Below are positions 19,538 to 27,577 of a DNA stretch of 64,000 nucleotides, one piece after another. The stretch's first letter is position 1. The number at the start of each line of letters is the position of its first letter. The notes beneath the pieces are model-generated. The model ran no database searches. It saw only the letters and a program-made list of their open reading frames with translations, and was not told the origin of the DNA. The translations under genes and the position numbers were made by a program. Origin of the DNA: an uncultured Muribaculaceae bacterium (GTDB lineage Bacteria; Bacillota_I; Bacilli_A; RF39; UBA660); the NCBI GenBank assembly GCA_964397485.1, contig CAYNHT010000003.1:10529-74528 (forward strand), read 5' to 3'.

Positions 19538-19969
19538 ATGAGAGAATCAGTTGGTAATACGTTTATATTTAATACAATTATTATATTTGTTTCGATATTA
19601 ATTGCTTTATTAGTTGGTTCTCTTAGCTATTCAAAAGCTTTTAAAGTAAAAAACCGAATTGTATCAATAATTGAAAAGCATGAAGAATATAATTCAAGTG
19701 CTAGAAATGAAATTGAGGCTGCATTAGCAAGTATTGGTTATCGTGTCAATCCTAATGGCACACAATCGTGCCCTAATAGGGAAGGTGCGTCAGCTATTAA
19801 TACAACTAATAGTAACTACCGTTATTGTGTGTATCTGTATGATACAGGTACCTACGGTAAAGGGAGATATTATGGAGTTGCTGCTTATATGCACTTTGAT
19901 GTTCCGATTATTGGACAATTTATTGAGTTTCCCATTTATGGAGAAACCAGAATCATTTACGTTATATAG
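19538..19969 (+). CDS. TadE/TadF-like pseudopilin, paralog 2
   Basis: MRESVG leader. Colinear with 19105..19524, including the Cys pair (SCPNREG...YRYCVY). Confidence 0.45.
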   Translation: MRESVGNTFIFNTIIIFVSILIALLVGSLSYSKAFKVKNRIVSIIEKHEEYNSSARNEIEAALASIGYRVNPNGTQSCPNREGASAINTTNSNYRYCVYLYDTGTYGKGRYYGVAAYMHFDVPIIGQFIEFPIYGETRIIYVI

Positions 19970-19986
19970 TTTGGGAAGGTGAAAAG

Positions 19987-20985
19987 ATGAATGTAATAGT
20001 TTCTAATAAATATCAGTCAATGCTTCAAAGTTTAAATATTGACATAATTAAAAATCAATCAGGTGAATTTGAAGTAGAGGAATTGATTTCAACTTTCCAA
20101 AACTTTTATTATCAAAGAATGATTTTAGATATTACAGCAATCAAAAATTATAAAGATGTTAAGACTTTGCAAAAATTGTCTATTTCTTTGGACATGGATA
20201 AAATAATTTTATTATTAGATGATTCTGCAGAAAGTACATCATCAGACTATTTATCAAAACTAATTTCAATGGGAATTTATAATTTTACTAGAAATATAGA
20301 GGGTATAATGTATTTATATCATAATCCAAATAGTTATCGTGATGTTGCTCACATTCATCAATTAGATAATTTTAACGATGAAGATAAAACTCAATTTGTT
20401 ATTAATGTTACTAACAACGGTGTTCGTATCGTTGGGGTGAAAAATGTTACTAAACAATCTGGGGCTACATCTTTAATCTACATGATGAAAAAGCAATTAG
20501 AACGAAATTATTCTGTGGTTGCACTTGAAGTTGATAAAAGGGATTTTATGTACTTTAAGGATAAAGAAATGCTTAGTGTTGTAAATGCCGAAGTAGGTAA
20601 TACAATTGCTAAACACAGTGATTGTGATATTATTTTAATTGATATAAATAATAGTGTGTCAGCAGAAGGTTTGTGTCATGACATTATCTATTTAATTGAA
20701 CCATCAGTTATAAAGCTTAACAAACTTATGATGCTTGATGGTAAAATATTGGAAAGACTAAAAAATAAGAAAGTTATTTTAAATCAAAGTATGCTAAGCT
20801 CTAAAGATGTGTTAGACTTTGAATATGAATCAAGAATTAAAGTTTTCTACAATATGCCACCTTTGGATGAGAGGGAAAAGGAAATTCATATTTTAAATGT
20901 GTTTTTAACAAGATTAGGGTTCGATCGTCAAAAGAGTGAAGAAACTGAGAAAAAAAATAAACTTTTAGGTTTATTCAACATATAA
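19987..20985 (+). CDS. TadZ/CpaE-like protein (receiver-like N-domain + degenerate ParA/MinD-like domain)
   Basis: Position in the locus, and 'GVKNVTKQSGATSLIYMM' where MinD/ParA proteins carry GKGGVGKTT. The Walker A is degenerate, as in many TadZ proteins. Confidence 0.3.
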   Translation: MNVIVSNKYQSMLQSLNIDIIKNQSGEFEVEELISTFQNFYYQRMILDITAIKNYKDVKTLQKLSISLDMDKIILLLDDSAESTSSDYLSKLISMGIYNFTRNIEGIMYLYHNPNSYRDVAHIHQLDNFNDEDKTQFVINVTNNGVRIVGVKNVTKQSGATSLIYMMKKQLERNYSVVALEVDKRDFMYFKDKEMLSVVNAEVGNTIAKHSDCDIILIDINNSVSAEGLCHDIIYLIEPSVIKLNKLMMLDGKILERLKNKKVILNQSMLSSKDVLDFEYESRIKVFYNMPPLDEREKEIHILNVFLTRLGFDRQKSEETEKKNKLLGLFNI

Positions 20986-20988
20986 TCG

Positions 20989-21017
20989 TTGACAAAAGAT
21001 GGAAAATGACGTATTAT
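20989..21017 (+). promoter_or_regulatory. Consensus sigma-A promoter (TTGACA-17 bp-TATTAT) at the Tad-module/T4SS-module boundary
   Basis: -35 at 20989-20994 and -10 at 21012-21017, 26 bp upstream of the 21043 start. Confidence 0.55.
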
Positions 21018-21042
21018 ATTTGGTAATAAGGGAGGTAATTTT

Positions 21043-21372
21043 ATGTTTATATTAGCGACAACAGTTCAATGTGGTGGATACAATGTACCCGTTCCAATTA
21101 TTAACATAGTTCATACAATTGTTGAACTTATTAAAATTGGTGTTCCTATTTTATTAGTTATCTTTGGTATGCTTGATTTAGGAAAAGCTGTTATGGCTCA
21201 AAAAGAGGATGAAATCAAAAAAGGACAACAAACTTTTATTAAGAGATTAATCGCAGCTGCAATTGTTTTCTTTGTAATCGTAATTGTGCAGTTAGTATTC
21301 AATTTAGCTAGCGGCGGAGATGAAGCAAACATCTGGAGTTGTGTAGAAAAATTCGTTGTAACTGGTGCTTAA
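21043..21372 (+). CDS. VirB2/TrbC-like conjugative pilin candidate (two hydrophobic helices separated by a charged loop)
   Basis: IGVPILLVIFGMLDLGKAV...FIKRLIAAAIVFFVIVIVQLVF. The same ~60-aa module forms the C-terminus of 21456..23054. Followed by a hairpin and T-run. Confidence 0.4.
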   Translation: MFILATTVQCGGYNVPVPIINIVHTIVELIKIGVPILLVIFGMLDLGKAVMAQKEDEIKKGQQTFIKRLIAAAIVFFVIVIVQLVFNLASGGDEANIWSCVEKFVVTGA

Positions 21373-21380
21373 AAAGAGAA

Positions 21381-21416
21381 AAAACAATTAATATCTATTT
21401 ATTATTGTTTTTTTTT
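21381..21416 (+). terminator. Terminator/attenuator after the small pilin-like gene (AAAACAAT-15 nt-ATTGTTTT + T6)
   Basis: 8-bp stem, a large loop and a T-run. Followed by an extended -10 (TGTTATAAT). Confidence 0.4.
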
Positions 21417-21455
21417 ATGTTATAATGTAGGTGGTTAATTATCGACATAGGAGTT

Positions 21456-23054
21456 GTGAATATGAAATTAAATAAATATATTATTTCGTTTGTTTTATTA
21501 GGAATATTTTTTTTAGGTGGCATAAATGGTGTTAAAGCGGAAGTAGATGCAGTTAGTGGTGCTGCCCCAATAGCAGAAAACGCTTTTTATGCTAGTACTA
21601 AGTGTTGGTATGAACGTAGTAACGGTAAACAAGCTGTTATTGAAAGAAAATATACGGCTAATGGTATTGTTAACACTGTTACTAGATATAAGAAAGATGG
21701 GAGTCTTGATGACACCAAAGATAGAACTATTGCCTTTACTGGTTTTTGGTATGTTTATAACAATACTACTGAGTGTCCAAAATCAGTTGATATAAAAGGT
21801 GGGGGATTGTTTAGTGCTGATCAAATATATCCTTTTGATTACGAAACTGAATATGTACTATATAAACAAGAAGCTACGGGAGAAAACTTATTAAATAAAT
21901 TGCCTACTTGTGAGTATCAGTCAAATGTTTCTCAATATAAGGGAGAAGAATTTAAATTAATTCATACCCCAGTTTTTGAGGACTATAAAACACATTATAG
22001 TGAAATTTATGTTAAAATTCTGACATTTAAAGTTAGTGTTCAAAAGACAATCTTGCAAGATGGTGATTTTGTATGGATAGATGAAACTAGTACCCCTTTA
22101 TTGGGTGATAAAAATCAGTACACTACTACATGTCCAACATACGCACATTATAATCCACCAGGGAGTATACACGAGTATGTTCTGACAAGTTCTTTTGATA
22201 AACCAAAAGGATGGAAAGAAGATTATATTTTAGAGAGATATGTTGATTTTTCTAGTCAAGAAGCAGCAATGGATAAAATTCATGATGATTTCAAAAAAAT
22301 TGACGATGACATATATTATGATTTATCTGATTGTTTTGATTCGCTTACAATAAATGCTTCAACCTGTGATACGGTTAATTTAAAAAGCGGGTGTTTAACT
22401 TTAGATAAGTTAAAAAGTCTTGATCAAAAATTGGTAAGTGCTTATAACGATGCAATGGCAAAGATAAGGGCGATTAAATTAGATGGTGATTATACAGTTA
22501 AAGATATAGAGGAAGGTAATATAAGTTCTTCTATATACAAAGGTATATCACAAAAATATGCTACTATTATAGAATCGATCAAGAAAAAATTTAGCCTTAG
22601 TAGTGAAATGATAAGTTGTGCATACTTGAAATTAGAAAATGACACAACTCTTACCGAAGAAGAAAAAGAAGAAATAACTACAGCAAGAGCAGAATCGGAA
22701 GAAGAAAGAAGCGTAATAATAAAAGAACTATCGAGAATTGATGGTAATTTTAACGTTGATCCAGGTGAATATGATTGTAGTGTTATATTAGATGATGCGA
22801 TGATAGAATGGATAGAAGCTGCATTTTTATTCATCCAAATAGGTGCTGCAGTTGTGGTTGCTGTTATGGGAATGTTAGATTTTTCTAGAGCAGCCGTGTC
22901 AAATGATGCCGATGCGATGAAGAAGGCTTGGCAAAAATTCATTAAGAGGTTGCTGGCTTTACTTATATTATTATTGTTACCATTTATTATTCAATTTTTA
23001 TTGGGATTGATTGAAATTCCAGGTTTAACTAATACAGACCCATTATGCAAATAG
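21456..23054 (+). CDS. Secreted ~450-aa domain fused to a C-terminal VirB2-like two-helix membrane module
   Basis: Signal peptide (GGINGVKA). C-terminus IGAAVVVAVMGMLDFSRAAV...FIKRLLALLILLLLPFIIQFLLGL aligns with 21043..21372. Confidence 0.45.
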   Translation: MNMKLNKYIISFVLLGIFFLGGINGVKAEVDAVSGAAPIAENAFYASTKCWYERSNGKQAVIERKYTANGIVNTVTRYKKDGSLDDTKDRTIAFTGFWYVYNNTTECPKSVDIKGGGLFSADQIYPFDYETEYVLYKQEATGENLLNKLPTCEYQSNVSQYKGEEFKLIHTPVFEDYKTHYSEIYVKILTFKVSVQKTILQDGDFVWIDETSTPLLGDKNQYTTTCPTYAHYNPPGSIHEYVLTSSFDKPKGWKEDYILERYVDFSSQEAAMDKIHDDFKKIDDDIYYDLSDCFDSLTINASTCDTVNLKSGCLTLDKLKSLDQKLVSAYNDAMAKIRAIKLDGDYTVKDIEEGNISSSIYKGISQKYATIIESIKKKFSLSSEMISCAYLKLENDTTLTEEEKEEITTARAESEEERSVIIKELSRIDGNFNVDPGEYDCSVILDDAMIEWIEAAFLFIQIGAAVVVAVMGMLDFSRAAVSNDADAMKKAWQKFIKRLLALLILLLLPFIIQFLLGLIEIPGLTNTDPLCK

Positions 23055-23069
23055 AGAGGTGGAGATTTT

Positions 23070-24914
23070 ATGGATTGGTTAGAGAGTATTGTTAGATTCC
23101 TATTTGCATGGATAGACAAGATTATTGCTTGGGTAATAGAACAAGCATATTCTCTTTTTATACTAATATCTGATACTAATATCTTCAATCAACAAGTTTT
23201 AGAGATGTTTAGTAGGAGAGTATATGCCTTACTTGCAATATTTATGTTATTTAAATTAGCGTTTTCGCTAATTAATTATATTATAAATCCTGATGATTTT
23301 ACTGATAAAAGTAAGGGGGCAGCTAAGCTCATAACAAATGTTTTTATTGTGTTAGGACTTATTGTTACCGTACCTTACATGTTTAAATTAGCTTATGATT
23401 TTCAAGGGTTAGTGGTAAAAAATAGTGTCATTCAAAAAGTTGTGTTAGGTGTTGGTGGCGCTAGTGTTAAGGATGACCAAACGCCTGGGAAAATTATGGC
23501 ATTTACTGTGTATAGTGCGTTTGTTACACCAAATCCAAATTATCCAGGTATGGATGATAAGTGTGATGAATTATATTCAAAGCGTGAGGTTAGTCCTGAT
23601 TGTGAAGATATTGTAAGATCAGCTGCTGGGCCGAATGGACCATTAATTTTGAAAAATGCAGTTGATGCATATGATAGTCAATCTCTATTAAATTATGATT
23701 TAATAGTTAACGCGAAAACGAACAAACAATTTTTATTTAATTATACACCTATTATATCTAGTATATGTGCTGGTATAGTAGCATGGATAATTTTGATTTT
23801 CTGTATTGATATAGCAATTCGTGTTGTAAAACTTGGGTTCTTACAACTTATTGCTCCGATACCTATCATTTCATATGTAGATCCAAAAAGTTCAAAAGAG
23901 GGGATGTTTAAAAAATGGACTAAAATATGTTTCTCAACATATGCAGATTTATTTGTCCGTTTGATTGCAATCTCATTTGCGATTTTCATTATAAACATAA
24001 TAGGAACCGGAGAAATAACTAAGATTAGTAAACCTGATGAAGTTATTAGTTTTACTACACATCCATTTGTTAAGATTTTCATTCTCTTAGGAGCATTAAT
24101 GTTTGCTAAGCAAATACCGAAATTAATTGAAGATTTAACTGGTGTTAAAATGGGTGATAGTTTCACTTTAAATCCTATGAAAAAAGTAGGAGCATCACCA
24201 TTTGCTGCTGCCGCATTAGGTGGTGTTGGTGGTCTTGTAGGTGGTGGACTTGCTAATGCTTATGCTGCTGGTAGTAATATGAGAAAGACTATTGGTGAAA
24301 AAGGATTACGAGATGCATTTACTGGAGGGAAAACTGGTGTTAGAGGATTCATGCATGGTGCTGGAACAGTTTTTGGTGGAGCCGGTACAGTTATTGCTGG
24401 TGGTGCAAGTGGTATGTTTAGAGGTGGCGGAGCCGCAGCTAAAGATAAAAATGTTGGCGGAGGTATTGTCAAAGGGATTAAGGGTTCTGTTGACGCTCGT
24501 GATATACGTGATGCAAGGCAAGAAGCAGACTATGGTATAGCAACTAGAGGAATGGATACTATTAGAGGAATGGCTGGTGTAGATACGCAAGCTAAGGAAA
24601 GAGCAAATGAAATAAAAGGTAAGATAACTAACTTACAAAGACAACAAGCTCAATATGATAGTATTGCCGAAAATATTGCTGTTACAAACAATTATACTCC
24701 TGAGAAAATTACTCAACTTTCTCAAGCATCAAGACAAGAGTTGCCTGGAGGAGTTGTTCAATACCGTGATGCTGCTGGTGCAACGATTACAGATGCTAAC
24801 GAGATTAAATACTTAGAAGCAGTTACACGTTCTAGCAAAACAAGTGTTGAAATTATTAAAACTAATAAAAAGTTAAAGATTTATGAAGCTGAAAACAATA
24901 AAAAGACAAGTTAA
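23070..24914 (+). CDS. VirB6/TrbL-like polytopic channel protein (TcpH/Orf15-like) with Gly-rich C-terminal region
   Basis: At least 6 TMs in the first 400 aa, then a Gly/Ala-rich low-complexity tract (GGVGGLVGGGLANAYAAG...GGGAAAKD). Lies upstream of VirB3/VirB4. Confidence 0.55.
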   Translation: MDWLESIVRFLFAWIDKIIAWVIEQAYSLFILISDTNIFNQQVLEMFSRRVYALLAIFMLFKLAFSLINYIINPDDFTDKSKGAAKLITNVFIVLGLIVTVPYMFKLAYDFQGLVVKNSVIQKVVLGVGGASVKDDQTPGKIMAFTVYSAFVTPNPNYPGMDDKCDELYSKREVSPDCEDIVRSAAGPNGPLILKNAVDAYDSQSLLNYDLIVNAKTNKQFLFNYTPIISSICAGIVAWIILIFCIDIAIRVVKLGFLQLIAPIPIISYVDPKSSKEGMFKKWTKICFSTYADLFVRLIAISFAIFIINIIGTGEITKISKPDEVISFTTHPFVKIFILLGALMFAKQIPKLIEDLTGVKMGDSFTLNPMKKVGASPFAAAALGGVGGLVGGGLANAYAAGSNMRKTIGEKGLRDAFTGGKTGVRGFMHGAGTVFGGAGTVIAGGASGMFRGGGAAAKDKNVGGGIVKGIKGSVDARDIRDARQEADYGIATRGMDTIRGMAGVDTQAKERANEIKGKITNLQRQQAQYDSIAENIAVTNNYTPEKITQLSQASRQELPGGVVQYRDAAGATITDANEIKYLEAVTRSSKTSVEIIKTNKKLKIYEAENNKKTS

Positions 24915-24935
24915 ATAAAAAGGGTGTGATATTAG

Positions 24936-25256
24936 GTGAATAATCAATTTTTGATACCTGCGAATTCTAAAAGGTCAATTTTATATTTTGGTCTATTTAA
25001 CAAATTTGATTTAGCACTATTTTCTTCAGGATTAGTGGTGACGTTAATACTATTATTAATAGTCCCACTAAACAACTTAGCAATTACAATTATGGCAATA
25101 TTGCCAGGCTTTATTAGTGGATTTTTGGTCATGCCAGTACCAAACTATCATAATGTACTGACGATACTAAAAAGTGCAATTGGATTTTATACTAGCAGGC
25201 AAAAATATGTGTGGAAGGGTTGGTGTTTCCTAAGTGGCAAAGAAAACGAAAAGTAA
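24936..25256 (+). CDS. VirB3-like small membrane protein (PrgI/Orf17-like)
   Basis: ~100 aa with two TMs, immediately preceding and overlapping the VirB4 gene, the canonical arrangement. Confidence 0.5.
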   Translation: MNNQFLIPANSKRSILYFGLFNKFDLALFSSGLVVTLILLLIVPLNNLAITIMAILPGFISGFLVMPVPNYHNVLTILKSAIGFYTSRQKYVWKGWCFLSGKENEK

Positions 25257-25779
25257 GTATACTAATGATGATATCCCGGTTAAAAGTATTACAAATGGGA
25301 TGATTATATTAGATAATAATTTTAAAGTTACGGGTGTTAAAATAATGCCTCGTAACATATTTATTCTAGATCAAGATATGCAAAACAGTATAATCGCAAA
25401 TTTAAAAAACGTTTATAACATAATTGATTATGAATTTTGGATAATGGCGGCTGATAGACCAGTTGATATTAATGTCTATTTGTCTCAGCTACAATTGCTG
25501 TATAACTCAGTAACTAGTCAAGCAAAGAGAAAATTAATCATGGAGGATATTAACAAAGCAAATATGTTTATGAACAACAATGTTGTTGATACAGAATATT
25601 ATCTTTTATTCAAGGAAAAAGATAATGAGTTAATTCAAAAACGAATTAGGGTATTGATTAATTCGTTCGCTAGTGCAGGTCTTTCTTCACATCAAGTTAC
25701 TAATGATGATTTAAGAATGATTTTAGATAACTTCTTAAATGGTGGACAAACAACTGATTTTGGGACGGTGATTGGATAA
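25234..25779 (+). CDS. VirB4-family ATPase, N-terminal domain (separate ORF)
   Basis: Colinear with VirB4/TcpF/PrgJ N-domains. Ends in TAA overlapping the next ATG (ATAATGG); the continuation is in another frame. Confidence 0.55.
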   Translation: MAKKTKSKYTNDDIPVKSITNGMIILDNNFKVTGVKIMPRNIFILDQDMQNSIIANLKNVYNIIDYEFWIMAADRPVDINVYLSQLQLLYNSVTSQAKRKLIMEDINKANMFMNNNVVDTEYYLLFKEKDNELIQKRIRVLINSFASAGLSSHQVTNDDLRMILDNFLNGGQTTDFGTVIG

Positions 25780-27563
25780 TGGATATAAAGAGTCAAATTG
25801 CGCCTAAGGGTCTAGAGTTTAGATCAGCTGATTTTATTATCAGTGATAAACACGCAACAATTTTATCAGTTATCTCTTACCCTAAATTTATTAGTCCTGG
25901 ATATTTAGCTTCATTGACAAGTATGTCAGGAATAAAAGTTGTTATAAAACATATTCCGCTACCTTTTAGTGTTATAACAAAGATGTTGAATAAAGAAATT
26001 GCTGATTTAAAGCAACGTTATCAAGAAGAAAATGATAAAACAATTCAAGAAAGAATAAGACAAGATTATGAATCGTTAGAGTATTTTATTACTCAATTGG
26101 CAGCTAGCCAATCTAAAATTTATGATTTTCAAATGCATGTAATGGTTACTGCTGATTCTGCAGATCAATTGATTAGTAAGAAGTTACAGGTTAAAAATTA
26201 TTTAGAAGCAATGGAATTGCGCGCATTTCCATTACGTTTTGAACAAGAAAAAGTACTTAAATCTATTATTCCGATATATCCTTCACAGGATGTAGAAAGT
26301 AGAATAGGAACACCGATACCTGCACCAACTATTGCAGCAATGTATCCATTTATCTTTGATAGTATTAAAGATCCTGGATTATCTACATTGTTAGGAGTAG
26401 ATTTTTCAGGAGGGGTTATTCTTTTTAATCAATTCTTATATCAAATTCGTAAAGAGCATAACCGAAATAATGCAAATATGATTATTTTAGGAACATCTGG
26501 TAGTGGTAAATCTACTGCTGCTAAAATGATGTTAAGAACAAATATTAGAAATAATAATCAACTTGTAGTTATCGATCCCGAGGGAGAACTTGAGGAAATG
26601 TCTCGTTTATATGGTGGAGACTTTATTGATCTAGGTAAAGGTGGAGAATATGGGATGATAAACCCATTGGAGGTCGTTCTAGATTTCGATGAAGAGGAAG
26701 CAAAACAAGGCCTTGGTTACACTGTATTAACTAGAACTTTGCAAACGATAAAGGCATTCTTGAAATATTACGATCCAAAGGTAGAAGAAGATGTTATTAC
26801 TTTATTTAGTGAAGTAGTTCAGGATACATATCGTCGTTTCGGAATGGATTTCAATACAGATTACTCAAAATTCACTTCAAAAGATTATCCTACATTTAAA
26901 GATGTGTATGCTACTATTAGGGGTAGACTATTATCAATGCCTGAACAAAGTCACGAAAAATCTGTAATGGAGAAGTTAGAATTAAAAATTAGACCAATTG
27001 TAAAAGAATTAAAATATTATTTCGATGGTCATACAACTATCTCTCCACAAAGTGAATTTATAGTTTTTAATATAAGAGAATTAATGAATGCTGATATGAA
27101 CATCAGAAATGCATTGTTCTTTAATATTTTAAAATATGCATGGGGATTAACGTTAAATAAAGCAATTAATACAATATTAATGGTTGATGAAGCTCATGTA
27201 CTATTGAGTGGTAATAATACATTAGGAGCTGATTTCTTAGCTCAAGTTCAAAGACGTTCGAGAAAATATAATACTGGAACAATAATTATTACGCAACAAC
27301 CAAGTGACTTCTCTGATCCTAGTGTTATTACACAAGGAAAAGCAATTTTTGACAATGCATCTTATTACCTAGTTATGGGATTAAAGAAGCAGGCTGTTGA
27401 AGATTTATCGAAGTTAATTGATTTAAATGATAATGAAAAAGAAAGTATTAAGAGATATAACCAAGGTGAAGCACTATTTGTTTGTGGAAGCCGCAGAATG
27501 CGAATTAATGTAATTGCTACTGAGCAAGAACTTGATTCATTTGGAAGCGGTGGGGGATTCTAA
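25779..27563 (+). CDS. VirB4-family ATPase, core/ATPase part
   Basis: Walker A (GTSGSGKST), 'VIDPEGE' and Walker B (MVDEAHVLL). The combined 181+594 aa is the size of a VirB4. Confidence 0.8.
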   Translation: MDIKSQIAPKGLEFRSADFIISDKHATILSVISYPKFISPGYLASLTSMSGIKVVIKHIPLPFSVITKMLNKEIADLKQRYQEENDKTIQERIRQDYESLEYFITQLAASQSKIYDFQMHVMVTADSADQLISKKLQVKNYLEAMELRAFPLRFEQEKVLKSIIPIYPSQDVESRIGTPIPAPTIAAMYPFIFDSIKDPGLSTLLGVDFSGGVILFNQFLYQIRKEHNRNNANMIILGTSGSGKSTAAKMMLRTNIRNNNQLVVIDPEGELEEMSRLYGGDFIDLGKGGEYGMINPLEVVLDFDEEEAKQGLGYTVLTRTLQTIKAFLKYYDPKVEEDVITLFSEVVQDTYRRFGMDFNTDYSKFTSKDYPTFKDVYATIRGRLLSMPEQSHEKSVMEKLELKIRPIVKELKYYFDGHTTISPQSEFIVFNIRELMNADMNIRNALFFNILKYAWGLTLNKAINTILMVDEAHVLLSGNNTLGADFLAQVQRRSRKYNTGTIIITQQPSDFSDPSVITQGKAIFDNASYYLVMGLKKQAVEDLSKLIDLNDNEKESIKRYNQGEALFVCGSRRMRINVIATEQELDSFGSGGGF

Positions 27564-27577
27564 CATTTAATATGTAA

